Assembly: GCF_902713615.1 (NCBI RefSeq)
Contig: NW_024055820.1
Coordinates: 2,488,107-2,552,106 of the forward strand
Length of the DNA: 64,000 nucleotides
Direction of reading: 5' to 3'
DNA from: Scyliorhinus canicula
Lineage: Eukaryota
Part shown: piece by piece, positions 61,076-64,000 of the stretch
Layout of the letters: every line of letters begins with the position of its first letter
How positions within the stretch are numbered: the stretch's first letter is position 1
Notes under the pieces: model-generated
Database searches by the model: none
The model's input: only the letters and a program-made list of their open reading frames with translations
Told to the model about the DNA's origin: nothing
Made by a program: the position numbers and the translations under genes

Positions 61076-63854
61076 TAAATCATTTTAAACATATCTCTCA
61101 GCTTACATTCACCTGACCCCCGCCTCTGTTTACATTACACTCGCCGTGTCTCTATCACATTGCAGCAGGTCCTGTCTCAGTTTCCCTGCACTCGGCTGAA
61201 TATCAGTTGTTAATATACAGGCCCACGCCCTGTTTATGTTACAAATCATTAATAGTAACTGCACTGAATCATGTCTCGGTTAGTCTGGCACGAAACACGT
61301 CACAATGGTTACAGCATCAGAACGTTTATCTGTGCATCGTAAACTGGAACAGCATTCTGTTTGCATCACGTAGTTCGGTCTCAGCTGTTAATAGCTATCA
61401 AAAAGACCAGAACTCAGTTTATATTGCACTAGACCCAGTTTCTGATTATGTTATCGGCGGCACGGTGGCACAGTGGGTAGCACTGCTGCTTCATAGCTCC
61501 AGGGTTCAATTCTTGACGATCCGTGTGGAGTTTGCTCTTTCTCCCTGTGTCTGAGTGGCTTTCCTCCGGATGCTCCTGTTTCCTCCCATAATCCAAAAAT
61601 ATGCAGGTTAGGTTTATTGGCCATTCTAAATTGTCCCTTAGTGTCCAGGGATGCGCAGGTCATGTTGCAAGGGCAGGGGATTGGGGAAGGTGTTCTTTCA
61701 GAGGTCGGTGCAGATGCTATGGGCCGAGTGGCCTTCTGCCCTGTCGGGATTCTATATTTGATCCTGAATCTGCCTATTTTTCTCCGAGACCTGCTCCCTT
61801 TTATTAATGCACCAGATGATGCCTCTGTTTTGAATTGTGGGCGCATTATTCCACATGTCTTTGAGATGGAAAGATAATATAATAAATACATATTTTGGAC
61901 AAGAAATCAGTATATGGCAACAATCTGCAACGGACGGAAGTGTATACTGTGTATGCTATGCAACATTTGATATTCATTTTCAGTGCAGTCAGCAGAATTA
62001 GATTTCAGATATAAATTCTTCTTTGCCGGTGCCCAAGACCAATTCCTACCCCAGAGAGTTGGATGTGTAGGAGGATGCAGAGTTTTGTGTTCCCATGTGC
62101 TTGTTGCCCTTGTGATTCTCGGAGGTCTCGGGTATGGCTGGTGCTGTTGAAGATGGGGCTGCTTTAGCACTGGGCTAAATAGCTGGCTTTTAAAGCAGAC
62201 CAAGGCATGCCAGCAGCATTGTTCAATTCCCGTACCAGCCTCTCTGAACATGCGTCAGAATGTGGCGACTAGGAGCTTTTCACAATAACTTAATTGAAGC
62301 CTACTTGTGACAATAAGCGATTTTCATCTCATTTCATTTCATTGCAAGAAATTTTGGCGAGTTTCTGCAGTGCATCCCGTCGATGTTACACAATGCAGCT
62401 ACTGTGTGTCTGGTGCCAAGAGAATGAATGTGGCTGTACCACTAGGTTCTGTCTCAGTTATTTATCTAATGGTCCTTTGTTAATGTTACACAATTACAAC
62501 TATTCCATTCCTTTCTTCTATTGCACTAGGCCCAGGCAATAGGAGTTAAGTTGTACAATTTGAAGTGGGTGCAAGAAGATCAGAGAGATCTGTGGTTGTG
62601 TGTTGATGCATCTAGGGTGCTGACAAGACAGATTATGACGTTTATCTGGACATAGATCCGCATTGCTTGCTGAAGAATTTTACATTTTCACTGTTCCCTC
62701 AGTCTTTTTTAATCTTCACAATTCCACATCAGCCACTTTCCATATTATTGCGCATGGTCTACCGCAGCAATTACTGAGGCCGGCTCCAATGTAATATGAA
62801 CAGAGATATGGCCCAGTGCAGAACTGAGGCTGTATCTAATGTAATACAAACAGAGACAGGTTTAAATTAATAGAAACAGTGTCAGGTTCTAGGTTAATTT
62901 AAAGAGAGACAAACAGGGTCCATAAGATATTGGAGCAGAATTAGGCCATTCGACACATCGAGACTGCTCCGCCATTAAATTATGGCCAATATGTTCCTAA
63001 TCCCCATTCTTCTGCCTTCTCCCAATAACTCCTGAACGCCTTATTGATCAAGACATGTCCTCTAATTGGTGCCCTAGTTTAATATGAACAAACAGAAATA
63101 GGTCTTTATTTAATATAAACTAATATAAATGGTACAGGGCTGTAGAACAAAAACGGAGACGGGCTCACGGCGTGGTGCAATACAGAGGCAGGGCCTACTG
63201 TCCCTTCAAACACTCGCAGGACTGGTGCATCACAGGTTGGAGACAAAGATAAACTCCCTTACACTGTCCCCATCAAACATTCTCAGAGCAGGTGCAGATT
63301 GTTTAGATATAGAATTAAATTCCCTCTACATAACTCGCTCAAACACATTAAAGGCCGAGAAACCAAGAGTTCGATACCAGGCAAAACCTCTTCTGCACTC
63401 TTCCTTCAGAGATCTCCCAGACAGATTGACAGTGAGGTTAGTTACTGGGTAAAGAAATCTCTGCATTTTCCCATCAAACCCACCCAGGTCAGGTACAGCA
63501 CAGTTCAGATACGGAGTAAATCTCCATGTGCACAGTCATATCAAACACTCACAGGGCAGGTTCAGTGCAGGTTACATGCAAGTAAACTTGCTCTGCACTC
63601 TTCAGTCAAATGCTCCAAGGTCTCGGCAGCTGGATTAAGTGCAAGGAAAGATTCTTCGGCCCTGCCACATCAAATCCTCAACCACCATGTGCAGCCTAGA
63701 TCAGATATAGAAGAAACTTGTCTCTACAGTTCTCATTAAACACTCCAAGATCATTGAATGCTCCAACCTCATTTTAGCGTAAAACTCCCTCGACGGATTC
63801 CAATACATTGGATTCGATGCATTTAGTTGGAAGCCAACGGGGTGAGTTCGGGCT

Positions 63855-63995
63855 GAGAGGGCTGGTTTAGCTCAGTGGGCTAGACAGCTGGTTTGTGATG
63901 CAGAACATGGCCAGCAGCGCGGGTTCAATTCCCGTTCCAGCTCACCTGAACAGGCGCCGGAATGTGGCGACTCGGGGCTTTTCACAGTAAATTTG
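63855..63995 (+). mobile_element. Second tRNA-derived SINE family (also 29780-29960, 62150-62340, 41105-41280)
   Basis: TTAGCTCAG A box, GGTTCAATTCC B box, GAATGTGGCGACT.GGGGCTTTTCACAGTAA 3' block. Confidence 0.8.
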
Positions 63996-64000
63996 TTATT

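Overview
Cartilaginous-fish (shark, probably catshark-like by SINE type, which is inference) genomic DNA, not prokaryotic. The right half holds one complete, unrearranged, apparently intact IgM heavy-chain minilocus on the minus strand (29435-54034): leader, VH(23-RSS), (12)D1(22), (12)D2(12), (23)JH, a 14.5-kb J-C intron, Cmu1-4, secretory tail, TM1 and TM2. The left half is a cluster of C2H2 zinc-finger genes with no KRAB domain seen. It has one intact 14-finger ORF (20754-21956), a chimeric disrupted copy (8644-9536) and several remnants. A ~12.1-kb tandem duplication breaks inside the finger arrays, and a CR1 LINE split the ancestral finger exon. CR1/L1 LINE fragments and tRNA-derived SINEs are dense throughout. 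The most notable unexplained structure is in the J-Cmu intron. In transcription order it has a ~5-kb GTGA satellite, a ZNF-type CpG promoter, a sense-strand ZNF remnant, a purine-rich tract, and an 11 x 29-bp array with 21 AGCT motifs ending 866 bp before Cmu1. This resembles a switch region in a lineage thought to lack them; function is untested inference.
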